Shown: in pieces, positions 1-12,640 of the stretch
How positions within the stretch are numbered: position 1 is the stretch's first letter
How the letters are laid out: each line of letters begins with the position of its first letter
NCBI RefSeq assembly: GCF_964213995.1
Contig: NC_135830.1
Span: 9,858,001-9,922,000 of the forward strand
Origin: Mustelus asterias
Lineage: Eukaryota
Length of the DNA: 64,000 nt
Reading direction: 5' to 3'
Position numbers and translations under genes: made by a program
The notes under the pieces: model-generated
Database searches by the model: none
Seen by the model: the letters and a program-made list of their open reading frames with translations, nothing else
What the model was told of the DNA's origin: nothing

Positions 1-114
1 AGAAACCTGGGCCAACCTTTCCAGAGTCTGCAGCCTCCCTGGATTCACTTCCTTTCCCTTCAGTTGCTGCAAGTCCCCAATTCCCCCCAGAATGAGAAAA
101 GAAATGGAAAGGGG
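1..114 (-). repeat. Inverted copy of the ZNF intron-1 block at 915-1028
   Basis: 1-114 is the near-exact reverse complement of 915-1028. Confidence 0.9.
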
Positions 115-180
115 GAAACACTGATTTCCTCCCAGATGTTGTACAGAGGAAGTTTTGAGTCTGAATCTGAATCAATCGAG

Positions 181-580
181 CTTCCGCATTGTGACGTCCA
201 CAATGGAGCCTGCCTGAATGACCCAATAAGAATCAGTCTCTTCCGCAATTACGTCATGGGGTTCCAGTGCGCAGGCGCGAGGACCCGGGAGCTCCGCCCC
301 CACCTATTGTTCCCCCTCCCCCTGCACATCTTCGAGCCAAGGTTTGCAGACAGCCGGCTGGCGGGAGCGAGAAGCCGCTTGGAGATTTCCCCCGGCCCGG
401 GACTGCGCATGTCCGGGGAAATGGGACACTGCGCATGAGCGGGGTAGCCCGCATCCTGACCTGAGGTGTTGACCAATGGGAAGACCTGGAGGACCGGAAG
501 GACACTGGTCCTCCAGCAATCAGGTCTTTGTGACGCTCAGATTGAGCTGCACACAGACTGAAACTTCCTCCTGTCTGAAG
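181..580. promoter_or_regulatory. CpG-rich promoter / non-coding first exon of ZNF-1
   Basis: CCAAT at ~223 and ~473, TGACGT/ACGTCA, GC box ccgcccc ~294, tgcgcatg at ~403 and ~430, GGAGGACC-N11-GGTCCTCC at 488-514; homologous to 38831-38950 and 34090-34155. Confidence 0.7.
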
Positions 581-747
581 TGAGTTATTTTAGATGACAT
601 GAATTACACTTCTGAGGATTATGCTTCATATCCCAGATGAAGCGAGGTACCTAAGTATGTTTTATTCTCCAAACAAGCGGTCAGATGACATCGGACTCTG
701 GCGGATAACTTATTTATCACTTATTTCCTTAAAAGAGGCCAACATCT

Positions 748-868
748 CGCTTTTTCCTTTGTACTTTGATTTCTGTTCTGGCTGCTCCCCCTCCTTTTGG
801 GGAGCTGCCCCTTTTACTTTGTCCCGATTTAATTTGAGTTTGTTTATTTGGTTTGACCTTAAAAGAGG
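748..868 (+). mobile_element. Tx1-like LINE 3' UTR fragment
   Basis: Matches 20310-20430 (3' UTR of the Tx1 copy); ccttaaaagaggccaacatct is duplicated at 727-747 and 857-877, just before a GTGAGT donor at 878. Confidence 0.75.
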
Positions 869-1438
869 CCAACATCTGTGAGTAACACACTTTCTCCCCC
901 CCCCCCCCCCCCCACCCCTTTCCATTTCTTTTCTCATTCTGGGGGAAATTGGGGACTTGCAGCAACTGAAGGGAAAGGAAGTGAATCCAGGGAGGCTGCA
1001 GACTCTGGAAAGGTTGGCCCAGGTCTCTCTCTTAAAGACATTGACATCCTTTGCTTCCTCAGCTTGACTCATTTATTTATCTGGCTAAAAGGATGGTCTC
1101 TTTCCTGATGTTCACATTTAAAGGCTGGTTTCCACCGGAGATGGCTGACATTTAAGGGAACAATAAACTAATATAGGACAGAGATATGTCGAGTTTTGTT
1201 CTATTGTACAGATTAGATTTTATTTATGGTCCTGCAATAAAGTACATTTATTTGGAAAGAAAGCGAAGATGAGGTGGGATTTCTTCACTCAAGGATGTGG
1301 TGAAGTTTTGGAATTCTTTACCTCAGAGGACTGTAAAGCTCAGTCATCAAGAATTTTCAAGTGAGGGTTTGATAGGTTTATTCAAGATATCAAGGGATCC
1401 AGGGGATACTGTGGGGAAAATGGTGCTCAGGTACATCT

Positions 1439-1757
1439 GGGCGGCACGGTGGCTCAGTGGTTTTCATGGCTGTCTCACAGCGTCACGGACCTGGCTTCCA
1501 TTCCTGGCTTGGGTCACTCTCTGTGTAGAGTTTGCATGATCTCTGCGTGGGTTTCCTCCAGTGCTCCGGTTTCCTCCCACAATCCAAAGATGTGTGGATT
1601 GGATTGATTGGCCATGATAAATTGACCCTTCGTGTTAGGGGATTCGAAGGGTAAATATGGGGGGTTACGGGGATTGGATCTGGTTGGGATTGTTGTTGGT
1701 GCAGGCTCGATGGGCCTAATGCCTTCCTTCCGGACTGTAGATTCCATGATTCTATGA
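1439..1757 (+). mobile_element. HE1/V-SINE-like tRNA-derived SINE
   Basis: ggggcggcacggtggctcagtgg tRNA-like head, gggtttcctcc..gtgctccggtttcctcccaca core, gattctat tail. Confidence 0.85.
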
Positions 1758-1825
1758 ATGGTTGAGCGGACTCGATGGGCCGAATTGCTGATTGCAGCTC
1801 CTTTTAGTTATGATTTGTGTGTGCT

Positions 1826-2060
1826 GGACAGGAAGCAGTGAGCATGGATCTGTCAATCAGCCTCAATCAGTACCTTCAGGAGAATTGGGAGGGTGAATAT
1901 TAGATACAGCAGAGTGAGAATGGAGGGAGAGTGTGTGGGATGGAGATTTACAGCTTTTGGGGAATGAGAGAGGAAAGAATGTTCCATAGAAACTAGAACT
2001 GTCTGTTCTGAATTTCTATCCTGCACTGACACTGATGGCTTTTATAAACTCCTTTTACAG
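1826..2060 (+). promoter_or_regulatory. Conserved ZNF intron block ending in splice acceptor ttttacAG (2060)
   Basis: Near-identical to 20965-21198 and 33306-33530 (minus); partial copies precede ZNF-6, -7 and -10. Confidence 0.8.
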
Positions 2061-2402
2061 GATATCAGAAGGTGAAGATTTACAGACAGAAATCTCAAAC
2101 CAAATAACTGACAGAGTCACTCAATTCATCTGGACCTGAATATCATCAGCCTTTGAATCTAGAAGGAGAAATGTTTCTCTGTTCTGTCTGCGAGAGAAGA
2201 TTTTAAACATCAGCATCACTGGAAAAGCACCAAGACACAGACACACTCAATTGAGAGTGTTCCAGTGCACTGAGGAAAAAGCTTTAACCAGATACACAGC
2301 CCGAAAATACATCGCAGCATTCAGTGGGGAGAGACTGTACTTGTGTTCTGTGTGAGTTTTAACTGATTGTTTAACCTGGAGAGTCACAAGGACACCCGCA
2401 CC

Positions 2403-3329
2403 ATGGAGAAACCGTGGAAATGTGGGGACTGTGGGAAAGGATTCAAAGCTCCATCTGATCTGGAAATTCATCGGCGCAGCCACACTGGGGAGAGGCCGTT
2501 CACCTGCTCTGTGTGTGGGAAGGGATTCACTTTATCATCCAGACTGCAGAGACACCAGCAAGTTCACACTGGGGAGAGACCGTTCGCCTGCCCTCAGTGT
2601 GGGAAGGGATTCAGTCAGTTTTCCAACCTGCGGACACACCAGCGAGTTCACACTGGGGAGAGGCCATTCAGCTGCTCTCAGTGTGGGAAGGGATTCACTC
2701 TGTCATCCAGCCTGCGGACACACCAGCGAGTTCACACTGGGGAGAGACCATTCACCTGCTCTCAGTGTGGGAAGGGATTCAGTCAGTTATCCAACCTACG
2801 GACACACCAGCGAGTTCACACTGGGGAGAGACCATTCACCTGCTCTCAGTGTGGGGAGGGATTCAGTCAGTTATCCAGCATGCAGACACACCACCGAGTT
2901 CACACTGGGGAGAGGCCATTCACCTGCCCTCAGTGTGGGGAGGGATTCACTCAGTCATCCCACCTGCGGACACACCAGCGAGTTCACACTGGGGAGAAAC
3001 CGTTCACCTGCTCTCAATGTGGGGAACGATTCACTCAATTATCCATCCTGCAGATACACCAGCGAGTTCACACTGGGGAGAAACCGTTCACCTGCTCTCA
3101 GTGTGGGAAGGGATTCACTGACTTATCCAACTTGCAGAAACACCTGCGAATTCACACTGGGGAGAGGCCATTCACCTGCCCTCATTGTGGAAAGAGATTC
3201 ACTGACTCATCCAGCCTGCAGAAACACCAGCGAGTTCACACGGGGGAGAGGCCATTCGTCTGCTCTCAATGTGGGAAGGCATTCAGTGTTTCATCTGCCC
3301 TATTGAGACACCAACAAGTTCACGAGTGA
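2403..3329 (+). CDS. C2H2 zinc-finger protein ZNF-1, 11 tandem fingers, no effector domain seen
   Basis: accATGg start, [14 protein letters not shown], 11 CxxC-x12-HxxxH units with TGE[RK]PF linkers, TGA at 3327-3329. Confidence 0.92.
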   Translation: MEKPWKCGDCGKGFKAPSDLEIHRRSHTGERPFTCSVCGKGFTLSSRLQRHQQVHTGERPFACPQCGKGFSQFSNLRTHQRVHTGERPFSCSQCGKGFTLSSSLRTHQRVHTGERPFTCSQCGKGFSQLSNLRTHQRVHTGERPFTCSQCGEGFSQLSSMQTHHRVHTGERPFTCPQCGEGFTQSSHLRTHQRVHTGEKPFTCSQCGERFTQLSILQIHQRVHTGEKPFTCSQCGKGFTDLSNLQKHLRIHTGERPFTCPHCGKRFTDSSSLQKHQRVHTGERPFVCSQCGKAFSVSSALLRHQQVHE

Positions 3330-3589
3330 TTCCAGGGGTTGGATTCTGCTGTTGTTGTTCCTGCTCTCAGTTACATCCAGGACTGCATTTTATTCATTCT
3401 CACAGTTGGTCAATGGGGAGGGTCAGAGGGTTTCTTTCTGCTGGACTGGTCGGTCTCATGATTTTGCCTCCAGTGGGCTGATGCTCTTTGAGTCTTGTTG
3501 CGAATACCTGGTTTCAAATTTCACACGGATCACAGAGTGACCGGGTGTTAGGAAGTTCAGAGATATTTAGTCAGCATTTCTGTTTGAAA

Positions 3590-3900
3590 CCTCCCAAATG
3601 CCCATCCAATTTCCTTTGTAATTGTTTATTGTCTCCACTTCCTCCACCCTCGTAGGCAGCGAGTTCCAGGTCATTACCATTCGCTGCATCAAAATATTCT
3701 TCCTCACATCCTCCTCACCCCCCCCCCCCCACCTGCATCTCTGACCCAAAACCTTAAATCTGTGACCCCCTCGTCCTTGTCCCATCAGCGAATGGGAACA
3801 GCTTTTCTTTGTCCACCTTATCTAAATCTGTCAGAATCTTGTCCACCTCTATCAAATCTCCCCTCAACCTCCTTTGCTCCAAGGGAAACAACCCCAGCCT
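3590..3900 (-). mobile_element. Degenerate CR1 3' fragment
   Basis: Minus ORF 3567-3785 contains QRMVMTWNSLPTRVEEVETI, a CR1 ORF2 C-terminal signature. Confidence 0.7.
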
Positions 3901-4739
3901 GACATTGACAATAAAGAACAAACTAACAGAATATGTTAATACCTGAAATCAAATGGGAATGTTTAATTTCTGTTTTAAAGATATTGTAAATATATTGTCC
4001 TGGACAATAAAGGAATTGGAATAACTCACCTTGGGTGTGGTTGAATGGAATATATCAATCTGATATCCACCTACAGTCTAGTGAAAGTCTGGAATGTGTA
4101 GCTGGAAATCCCTCCCTAACAGCACTGTGGATGTCCTGACACCTCAGGCATTGTAGCAGTTCAGGAAGGCAGTGTTGGGGTTGACCATGGCCGAGGCAGC
4201 TACATACAGCCACATATCCTGTTATAGTTGAAGGACAGCAGATTGAATGTGAGGCATTATGGGACTGGACTACCTTGACCACATTCCTGTGACTGCTCAG
4301 TTTCTGCAATCACGGACCATTAAAGCTGCTTAGCAGGGCCCCGATAGAGGACCTGGTGAGAATATTTACTCAGAAGAGTTAGAGGTAAATTTGTTCAGCG
4401 GCTGAGATACCAAATCTGTGAACAGGGGGTCTGACCAATCAACAAACAATCAACAGTTGACTAAAAAATTAAGAAGCGTTCTCATGCATTGTTTAAATCA
4501 ATTTATCCTAAATTTGTGATAAGAACTGTGAGGGACTTGTGACCCAATAGTCGGTGGTGACGGTATACTCCAAGTAGCACTGCACTGAAAAGCGGACCTC
4601 TGAGAGTAGATTCTAATGGTTATAATCCTACCCAAGCATGGCCAGTGAAAAATCAGAGCTCAAGTGGGAACCGGACAGGTCTCTTACCTGCTATTTGGAA
4701 ACTAAGAACAAGAAACTTATCGATTAAATGATTCGAGAA

Positions 4740-4905
4740 TAGAACCAACGTTTCGAGTCTGGATGACACTTCGTAAGAGCGCTTATGAAGGATCATCCAG
4801 ACTCGAAACATTGGTTCTGTTCTCTCTCCACGGATGCTGTCAGACTTGTTGAGATGTTCTGGCATTTTCTGTTTTTGTTTCAGATTCCAGCATCCGCAGT
4901 ATTTA
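4740..4905. mobile_element. Penelope-like terminal repeat (family 2), inverted pair
   Basis: aacgtttcgagtctggatga faces its complement tcatccagactcgaaacatt; the same repeat occurs at ~5980, ~8040, ~17715, ~20620, ~47330-47575 and ~51645. Confidence 0.6.
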
Positions 4906-7509
4906 ACTTTTACGATAAAATGTTTAATCAAAATAGAGGGAGTGGTGGCAAAAAGATAAACAGGGTAAGGATGATAAATTCTGGGTTCTGATTCTCCGAG
5001 CCCATATAGAATTTTTAAAAATGAGTGAACCAGTTTATAAAGAACAGAAGTTACCCATCCCTAACAAAAACTGATCATATTAAAATAATTAAGGTGAGGA
5101 ATATAACAAAAATATTAATAGATGAAGTTTAAAATCAAGTTTGTTTTATTGTTAGAGAAGTTTTTTAAACTTGTGTAAAGTGATGTAATTGTGTGCCAAG
5201 TTTTTGCTGCTCACCCCCCACCCCTTTAGATTCTGTAGAAAAGTTCACCCTTTCAGCACACAGCTCATTTGTTTTTAAATTGCCTGAAAACTCATGTATA
5301 TTTTAGTTTATAATTGAAGATTTATGGGAATTTGCTGAGGTAGCTGTTTGACATTTTTAAAGGATTGAAAAGTGGTCTTGAGAAGCCACTTTGGTAGAGA
5401 GAGGTGGAGGGAGAGATGTTTACATAGAGGTGTTGAGAGCTGTTGGTTTTACAAGTTATCCCCATTTTCAGAGCCGTCACTTCATGTCCTGGTCTGAGAG
5501 GGAGAGAAGTCTGTTCAACTGTTAAAGTAAAGCTTTCTTTATTAACTCTTAATCGATACTTTGTTTTTTATCTTTCTGACTTGGTGCATTTTTAATGGTG
5601 AATAAACTTTCTGAATTCACCATTTAAAGTGTTCTTTCTTGCCATATGGTTAAGTCACTGGAACCTGGTGTGATTTACGATGAGGGAGGTTATTGTAAAT
5701 AAGAGAACCCCCATAAATCTTAGTTCAAATAAATCAAAGTTCTTACAAATGGAATACAATCCGTTATTCCGAGAAAAATTGAACATAGAAGTAAAGATGT
5801 TATACTTCAGTTATACAGGGCATTGCTGAGGCCACATCTTGAAAACTGGATGTAGTTTTTGTCTCCCATTTAAGAAATGATACAAATGCATTGAAAGTGG
5901 TTCAGAGGAGGTTTAATAGATTGCTTCCCAATTGTTGACCCTTACAGTATAACTTTTGTCCAATTTTCCTTGTCTTCAGCTGACAAAGATTCATCCTGAC
6001 TCAAAGTGTTGTCTCTATTCTCTCTCTACAGATGCTGTCAGACTTGCTGAGATTCTCCAGCATCTTCTGTCTCTGTTTCAGATTCCAGCAACAGCAGAAT
6101 ATTGCCGTTATCCCAATTCTTATTGGATCAGGGAATCAAAAGTATCGGCTGTAGAATGAGAATGTGGAACTCCACACAAACAGATCAGCCATGATCTAAA
6201 TAAACGGTGGAGCAGATTCAAAGGGCCAAATGGCCGACTTCTGCTCCTATATCGAATTTGGTAACAAATTCCTGAAAATTGCAAAACAAGGCTGGAAGAT
6301 TCGCCTTGCTTGTGTTAGTGGGAAAATGTCCAGGAGAACCATCACTGTGAAGGACAGTTCTGGGATTAAAGGTTGCCAGACTGGAAAAGGAAAACAATGG
6401 AAATAAACCCTTGAGGAGTAAAGAATCACTTTGGACTCATTCTTGGAGAATTGAGTGTCAACATTCCAAGGCAGAGTAAAATATAACCGTTGACTGGGAT
6501 ATTTCATTGTGTTAAGAGTAAAAGGGCAAAGTTCAATTTTTTAGTTTAAGGGCAATGTTCCCTACGAAGAACAGTGTTTAGTCATTGTTGCTTCCAGTTT
6601 GTTGGAGTAAACATCATAGAACCTGAAGTTTTGTCTTGTGATTCTTTAATTTACTCACTGGGTTTAGAATTCATTTTTAAAAATTATCGATCGTTAGAGA
6701 GATGCTAACAGTTCATTTAAATTCCTGTGTTTCGACTTCCCATTTGAGCCTGGGGCACCTTTCTGTCTCTCTATTGCTCGTGTCAATGACAGCCAGGCAA
6801 CGGAGCTGAGGGCTGAATTTAGCTGAGAATAATGGGGCCTGCGCCCCAGTTGGGAAACTGCCCTGGGCGTCGCACTGATAGAGAGACAGGAAGGTGCTGG
6901 AGGACTGAGTGGGAAATGGGCCTCCAACCAATTGTTATATCAGTCACTCAGAGCTAAAGAGAAACCCGTCTCTTTAAATACAGATACAGGGAAGAGGCTG
7001 CACTGAAATCTGTCCCTTTTAACCTGCACAGAAGCAGGAGGCTGAGATTGACAGGCTGCAGGAGTCCATTTAGCCCATCATGCCCCTGCTATCTCTTTGA
7101 AAGGATTCATGCTACCACTCTGCCCTGTTCCCACAGTCCTGCAAATTCTTCCCTTCAAGTCTTTACCCTTTGGAAAGATTCTATTGAATCTGCTTTCAGG
7201 CAGATCAGAACAACTCGCTGTGTCAAAAAATAAAATAAAATCTCATCTCCCCCTCTGGCTCCTTTGCCAATTACCTTAGAGGGACTCACTTTCTGTTAAA
7301 GAGCCTGCCAACCCCTCTCACCCACTTTCCCTAAAGTGCATCAATCAGGAAAAGACCAGAAAAATCAAATATTTTTACTGATAAAATGTATTAATGAAAC
7401 AGAACATGATTAAAACAAACAGAAAATGACTTGAGGATCAAAGACAACCAGAGTAAAAGGATGTTCACAATGTTCTGGACACAAATGGTTTCTCTTGAAT
7501 TCATCTGTA

Positions 7510-8145
7510 GCCTGTTCCCTGCCCTCTTTGTGGAACACCTCTGCTCAGTCCACAAGCATGACCCTGACCTTCCGCTTGCCATTAGAATTCACCACCTTGC
7601 TCTCACACTCACATTTCTGTCCTCGGCCTGCTGCAATGTTCCGGAGAAGCCCAACACAAGCTGGACAAACAGCCCCTCATCTTCCGATGAGGCACTTTAC
7701 AGCCTTCTGGACTCAACATTGAGTTCAACAACTTCACACCCTGAACTCTCTCCTCCATTTTGATTTGTTTTTATTTGCTGAGTCAGCCTGCATCTTGTTT
7801 TCATGTTTTTTTCCTTCCAGACAGAGCTGTCCTTTATTCTGCCATTAACACTTACTCTGGACCAATGCTTTGTTTCTTTACCACAACCATTACCTCTCCC
7901 TTTGCCTTTTATTCCAGAACATTTTTGTCATTTAATCTTCACCCGCCCTCTAACCAATCCCTGACTTTCCCTTTTGTTCTATCTGACCCTCCCCCCTTTC
8001 TCACCAGCATCAAACCCATCACATTTCTCCCTCTCTTTATTTCTGAAGTAGAGTTACATTGGACGTGAAATATTAACTCTGTTTCTCTCTCCACAGATGC
8101 TGCCAGACCTGCCGTGTTTTTCCACACTTTCTGTATTTATTTTAG
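7510..8145 (+). mobile_element. Decayed Penelope-like element 3' end (family 2)
   Basis: Remnant reading ..LIFR*GTLQPSGLNIEFNNF, typical of the GIY-YIG C-terminus, followed by the family-2 terminal repeat. Confidence 0.6.
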
Positions 8146-8410
8146 ATCTCCCTGTAATGGGTGGAAAAATACTATTTACGACCCAGGATAAAATAAATGT
8201 CCTTCACCAGCTTTTGTGGATCATTTCAGTGGAAATGTGCTCTCCCAGGCTCAAAAAGCATCAGCCCACTGGAAGCAAAGTCGTGAGAGCGGCCAGTCCA
8301 GCAGAAAGAAACCCTCCGACCCTCCCATTGACGAACAGTAAGAATGAACAAAATGCAGTCCTGATGTAACTGAGAGCAGAAACAATAACAGCAGAATTCA
8401 ACCCCTGTAA

Positions 8411-8640
<230 letters not shown>

Positions 8641-9179
8641 GGTGCCAGTATCCTTGTGTCTCTCCGGGTTGGACAATCAGTTCAAGATTCATCTGCACAC
8701 AGAACATGTACAGTTTCACCTCACTTTGAATGGTGTGATATTTTTTCAAGCTGTGTAACTGGTGAAAGTTCTTTCCACAGTCAGTTCACTGGAACGCGCT
8801 CACTCCAGTGTGTGCATGTGTCTCGGTGCTTTTCCAGTCACACTGATGTTTGAAATCTTTTCCCACAGACAGAACAGAGAAACATTTCTCCATCCACATT
8901 CTAAGGTTGACAGTGTTCGTGTGCTGATAAATTGAGCAACTGTGAAATATTAGTAAGAATTTTGATTTGAGTTTCCTGTCTGTAAAACTTCCACTTCAAA
9001 TATTCTGCAAAAGAAGTTTACAAAATCACTGTCAGTATAGGAAAAAAAATCGAAACAGGCAATTCTCGTTTCTCTGGAATATTTTTTCCTCTCTTGTTCC
9101 CCTAAATCAGTAAATCCCCGTCCCACACACTCTCCCTCCTCCCTGGACTGAAATCCAAACCCATCTCACCATTTCTTTC

Positions 9180-9580
9180 CTCCACTCCCAGTTTTCTCCC
9201 TCCCTCTCCTCTGTCTGGGTTCAGTTCTCCAGCTCCTGTCTGCAGACTGACAATAAAACCAATGGGTCTTATTGGGGGTGTTGGGGCCTCCAGCGGGTGT
9301 TTGTGAATCCTCCCCGCCCACCTCCCAGGGTTTCCTTCCTTCCCAGAGATCAGAGTCCTCATTGATTTGAGGCCAAAGTGTAACCTTATTTATTGTCTCC
9401 CTCCCCCATCCTCTGATGTGAACCATCCTCCAGTGGCTGAGCCAGGATGGGGCCGTTAACCTGGGCCTGTTCCCGGGAGGGAGGGAGGGAGAAGCCCCGC
9501 AGCTGCAAACCAGGGAGCTGACAATGATTCTGAAGGGTTTGCGGATCCACAAAGTGTTTCCAAATCCTCCCAGCCACCGC
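9180..9580 (-). repeat. Duplicated ~400-bp 5'/intron-1 block
   Basis: Nearly identical to 55530-55940. Confidence 0.9.
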
Positions 9581-9630
9581 CTAACGCTGACTCCGCTTCT
9601 CCGGGACAAACAAGCGCCAAGGACAGCAAT

Positions 9631-10240
9631 GACACTGCGCATGCTCCACATCACAATGCCCCGGGACTGATTGACGGCAGCTCCGGACCAATAGGAAGAG
9701 GGGGCGGGGCTGGAGGACCGAGCGGGAGCGGCTGGTCCCCCAACCAATCGGAGTGAATGAGGGGCGGGACTGGAGGAACGAGCGGGAGCGGCTGGTCCTC
9801 CAACCAATCGGAGTGAATGAGGGGCGGGACTGGAGGACCGAGCGGGAGCGGCTGGTCCTCCAACCAATCGCACTGAATGAGGGCCCGGACCAATAGGAAG
9901 AGTTCCCTATTCTTTGCATGGGAGAGATGCACATGCGCAGTAAGCAACGGCGTTCGCAGTGCGGGTGACAGCGACTGGAGAGAAGTTCCTCTGTTTTATT
10001 AGCAGCCGGTAAGGATGCAGAAACATAGAGGGAGCAATGGAAGCGGCAGATGGACGTAGAGGGTTTCTAAATATCTGGTGAAGGCCTCAAACCTCGAATA
10101 TGAGCCCGTAGGTCCCGTGTTTGCAGCTTCAGGTCTTTTTCCCGAGACGAAGCTCAGGTTAACGGCCGCCATCTTGATTCAGCGGGGAGCAGAGCGCACG
10201 CGTTGGTGTCTTGGTGACGCAACCGTGAGTGGGCGGGTCT
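9631..10240. promoter_or_regulatory. Bidirectional promoter core between ZNF-2 (minus) and ZNF-3 (plus), with 3 x 60-bp repeats
   Basis: Outward NRF1-like actgcgcatgc (9634) and catgcgcagt (9932); 60-bp period (9711, 9771, 9831), each unit with CCAAT, GGGGCGGG and the palindrome; GTAAGG donor ~10008; YY1-like gccgccatctt ~10165. Confidence 0.8.
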
Positions 10241-10429
10241 TTGTGTTTCTGCTCCCACCGGGTCCTAATGCACCCATCGGGACTAATGCATTCCAACAAT
10301 GAGCAATAGATTTTCAAACAGCTTCACCCACTCCCAGGCTGCACCTCACGTTTGCAGCCGAGAGAAGTTGATGGGTCATGTACATATTCAGTGTGAGAGG
10401 TTGCATCCCTGTGTACTTAGCTGAAGCGG

Positions 10430-10855
10430 TTACACGGCTTTTGTACTCATTGGAGTTTAGAAGGTTGAGGAGGAATTTATTAAAACTTACAGGATACTTC
10501 GAGGCCTGGACAGAGTGGACGTGGAGAGGATGTTTCCACATCACAATGTTGGAAAAACTAGAACTAGAGGGCACAACCTCAGACTAAAGGGATGATCCTT
10601 TAAAACAGATGAGGAGGAATTTCTTCAGCCAGAGAGTGGTCAATCTGTGGAACTCTTTGCCACACGAAGGCTGTGGAGGCCAGGTCATTGAGTGTCTTTA
10701 AGATAGAGATAGATAGGTTGTTGATGAATAAGAAGATCAGGGGTTATGGGGAAAAGGTAGGAGAATGGGGATGAGAAAAATATCAGTCATGATTGAATGG
10801 TGGAGCAGATTCAATGGGCCGAGTGGCCCAATTCTGCTCCTATGCCTTATAGCCT
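10430..10855 (+). mobile_element. CR1 3' fragment
   Basis: LYSLEFRRLR, ttcttcagccagagagtggt and CR1 3' UTR motifs. Confidence 0.8.
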
Positions 10856-11179
10856 TTTCGTTACACTTCAGCCCCAGGCTCCTCATGTTTACATAGAAGC
10901 GGAAGTAGACCATTCAGCTCTTTCAGCATTCCCTGCCATTCATTATAGTCATGGCTGATCCTCAAATTCAATACCCTAATCCCACCCCCCACCCCATAAT
11001 ATCCCTTTAGCCCCAAGAGATATATCTAATTGAAATCAGGCTCTACTTCCACTTTTGAGGAACGGAGATCCAAAGAGTCACAACCCACTGAGAGAAAAAC
11101 ATCTCATCTCTGTCTCTATGGGCAGCACTGTTTTTTAAATAGTGACCGCAAGATTCTCCCATAAGAGTAAACAACAGTT

Positions 11180-12640
11180 CTAACAAGTTTTTAGAAGGTA
11201 TTTTGAGAGACAGAATCTACAGGCATTTAGAGACACAAGGACTGATTAGAGACAGTCATGTGAGTGGCATTTAGAGACAGCATGGCTTTGGAGTGGAAAA
11301 TCATATCTCACAAATTTGATTGAGTTTTTTGAAGGAGTAACCAAGAAGGTAGATGAGGGCAGTGCAGTTGATGTTCTCTACATGACCTTTTGCAAGGCCT
11401 TTGACAAGATACCACATGGTAAGTTGTTGCATAAGGTTAAATCTCACGGGATCCAGGGTGAGGTGGCCAATTCGGTACAAAATTGGCCTGATGACAGAAA
11501 AAGTCTCACAACACCAGGTTAAAGTCCAACAGGTTTATTTGGTAGCACAAGCCACAAGCTTTCAGAACACTGCCCCTTCATGAAAGAAGACAGAGGATGG
11601 TTGTAGAGGATTGTTTTTCAAACTGGAGGCCTGTGACCAGCGGTGTGCCTCAGGGATTGGTGTTGCGTCCACTGTTATTTATCATTTATATTAATGATGT
11701 GGATGAGAATTTAGGAGGCATGGTTAGTAAGTTTGCAGACACCAGGATTGTGGCATAGTGGACAGTGAAGAAGATTATCTCTGATTGCAACGGAATCTTG
11801 ATCAATTGGGCCAGTGGGCTGACGAATGCCAGATGGAGTTTAATTTAGATAAATGCGAAGTGATGCATTTTGGTAGATTGAACCAGGGCAGGACTTACTC
11901 AGTTAATAGTAGGGCATTGGGGAGAGTTATAGAACAAAGAGATCTGGGGGAACAGATTCATAGCTCCTTGAAAGTGGAGTCACAGGTGGACAGAGTGGTG
12001 AAGAAGGCATTCGGCATGCTTGGTTTCATTGGTCAGAACATTGAATACAGGAGTTGGTACATCTTGTTGAAGTTGTACAAAACATTAGTAAGGCCACACT
12101 TGGAATACTGTGAACAGTTCTGGTCATCCTATTATAGAAAGGATGGTATTAAACGAGAAAGAGTGCAGAAAAGATTTACTATGATGCTACCGGGACTTGA
12201 TGGTTATAAGGCGAAACTGGATAGACTGGGACTTTTTTTTCTGGAGTGCAGGAGGCTGAGGGGTGATCTTATAGCGGTCTATAAAACAATGAGGGGCATA
12301 GATCAGCGAGATAGTCAATATCTTTTACCAAAGGTAGGGGAGTCTAAAACTAGAGGTCATAGGTTTAAGGGGAGAGATAAAAAGAGTCCAGAGGGGCAAT
12401 ATTTTCATACAGAGGGTGGTGAGTGTCTTGAACAAACTGCCAGAGGTAGTAGTAGAGGCGGGTACAATTTTGTCTTTTGAAAAGCGTTTCGACAGTTACA
12501 CGGGTACGATGGGTATAGAGGGATATGGGGCAAATGCGGGCAATTGGGACTAGCTTCGGGGTTAAAAAAAGGGGCGGCATGGACAAGTTGGACTGAAGGG
12601 CCTGTTTCAATGCTATAAACCTCTATGACTCTATGAATCT
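11180..12640 (+). mobile_element. 5'-truncated CR1 (RT remnant), interrupted by a Penelope terminus at ~11500-11582
   Basis: IEFFEGVTKKVDEGSAVDV..KAFDK and MEFNLDKCEVMHFG..RPHLEYC; (ctatgact)n tail. Confidence 0.9.

Noticed and set aside
1439-1510. tRNA-like A/B boxes here and at other SINE heads
   Set aside because: They continue into SINE bodies; no stand-alone tRNA gene.
2422-3306. Long alternative-frame ORFs over ZNF arrays (also 2513-3121, 31996-32799, 32174-33031, 14159-14641)
   Set aside because: By-products of the 84-bp finger repeat lacking stops in shifted frames; no independent support.
4150-6700. Possible ERV leader/LTR fragments (also 25500-26800)
   Set aside because: LTR-like composition only; I could not establish termini, PBS or coding motifs.
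9166-9873. 235-aa ORF and its partial twin at 55525-55938 as a candidate novel effector exon
   Set aside because: Crosses the 60-bp promoter repeats, and the two copies differ by a frameshifting indel (aaccttatt versus aacctcttatt), so the frame is not conserved.
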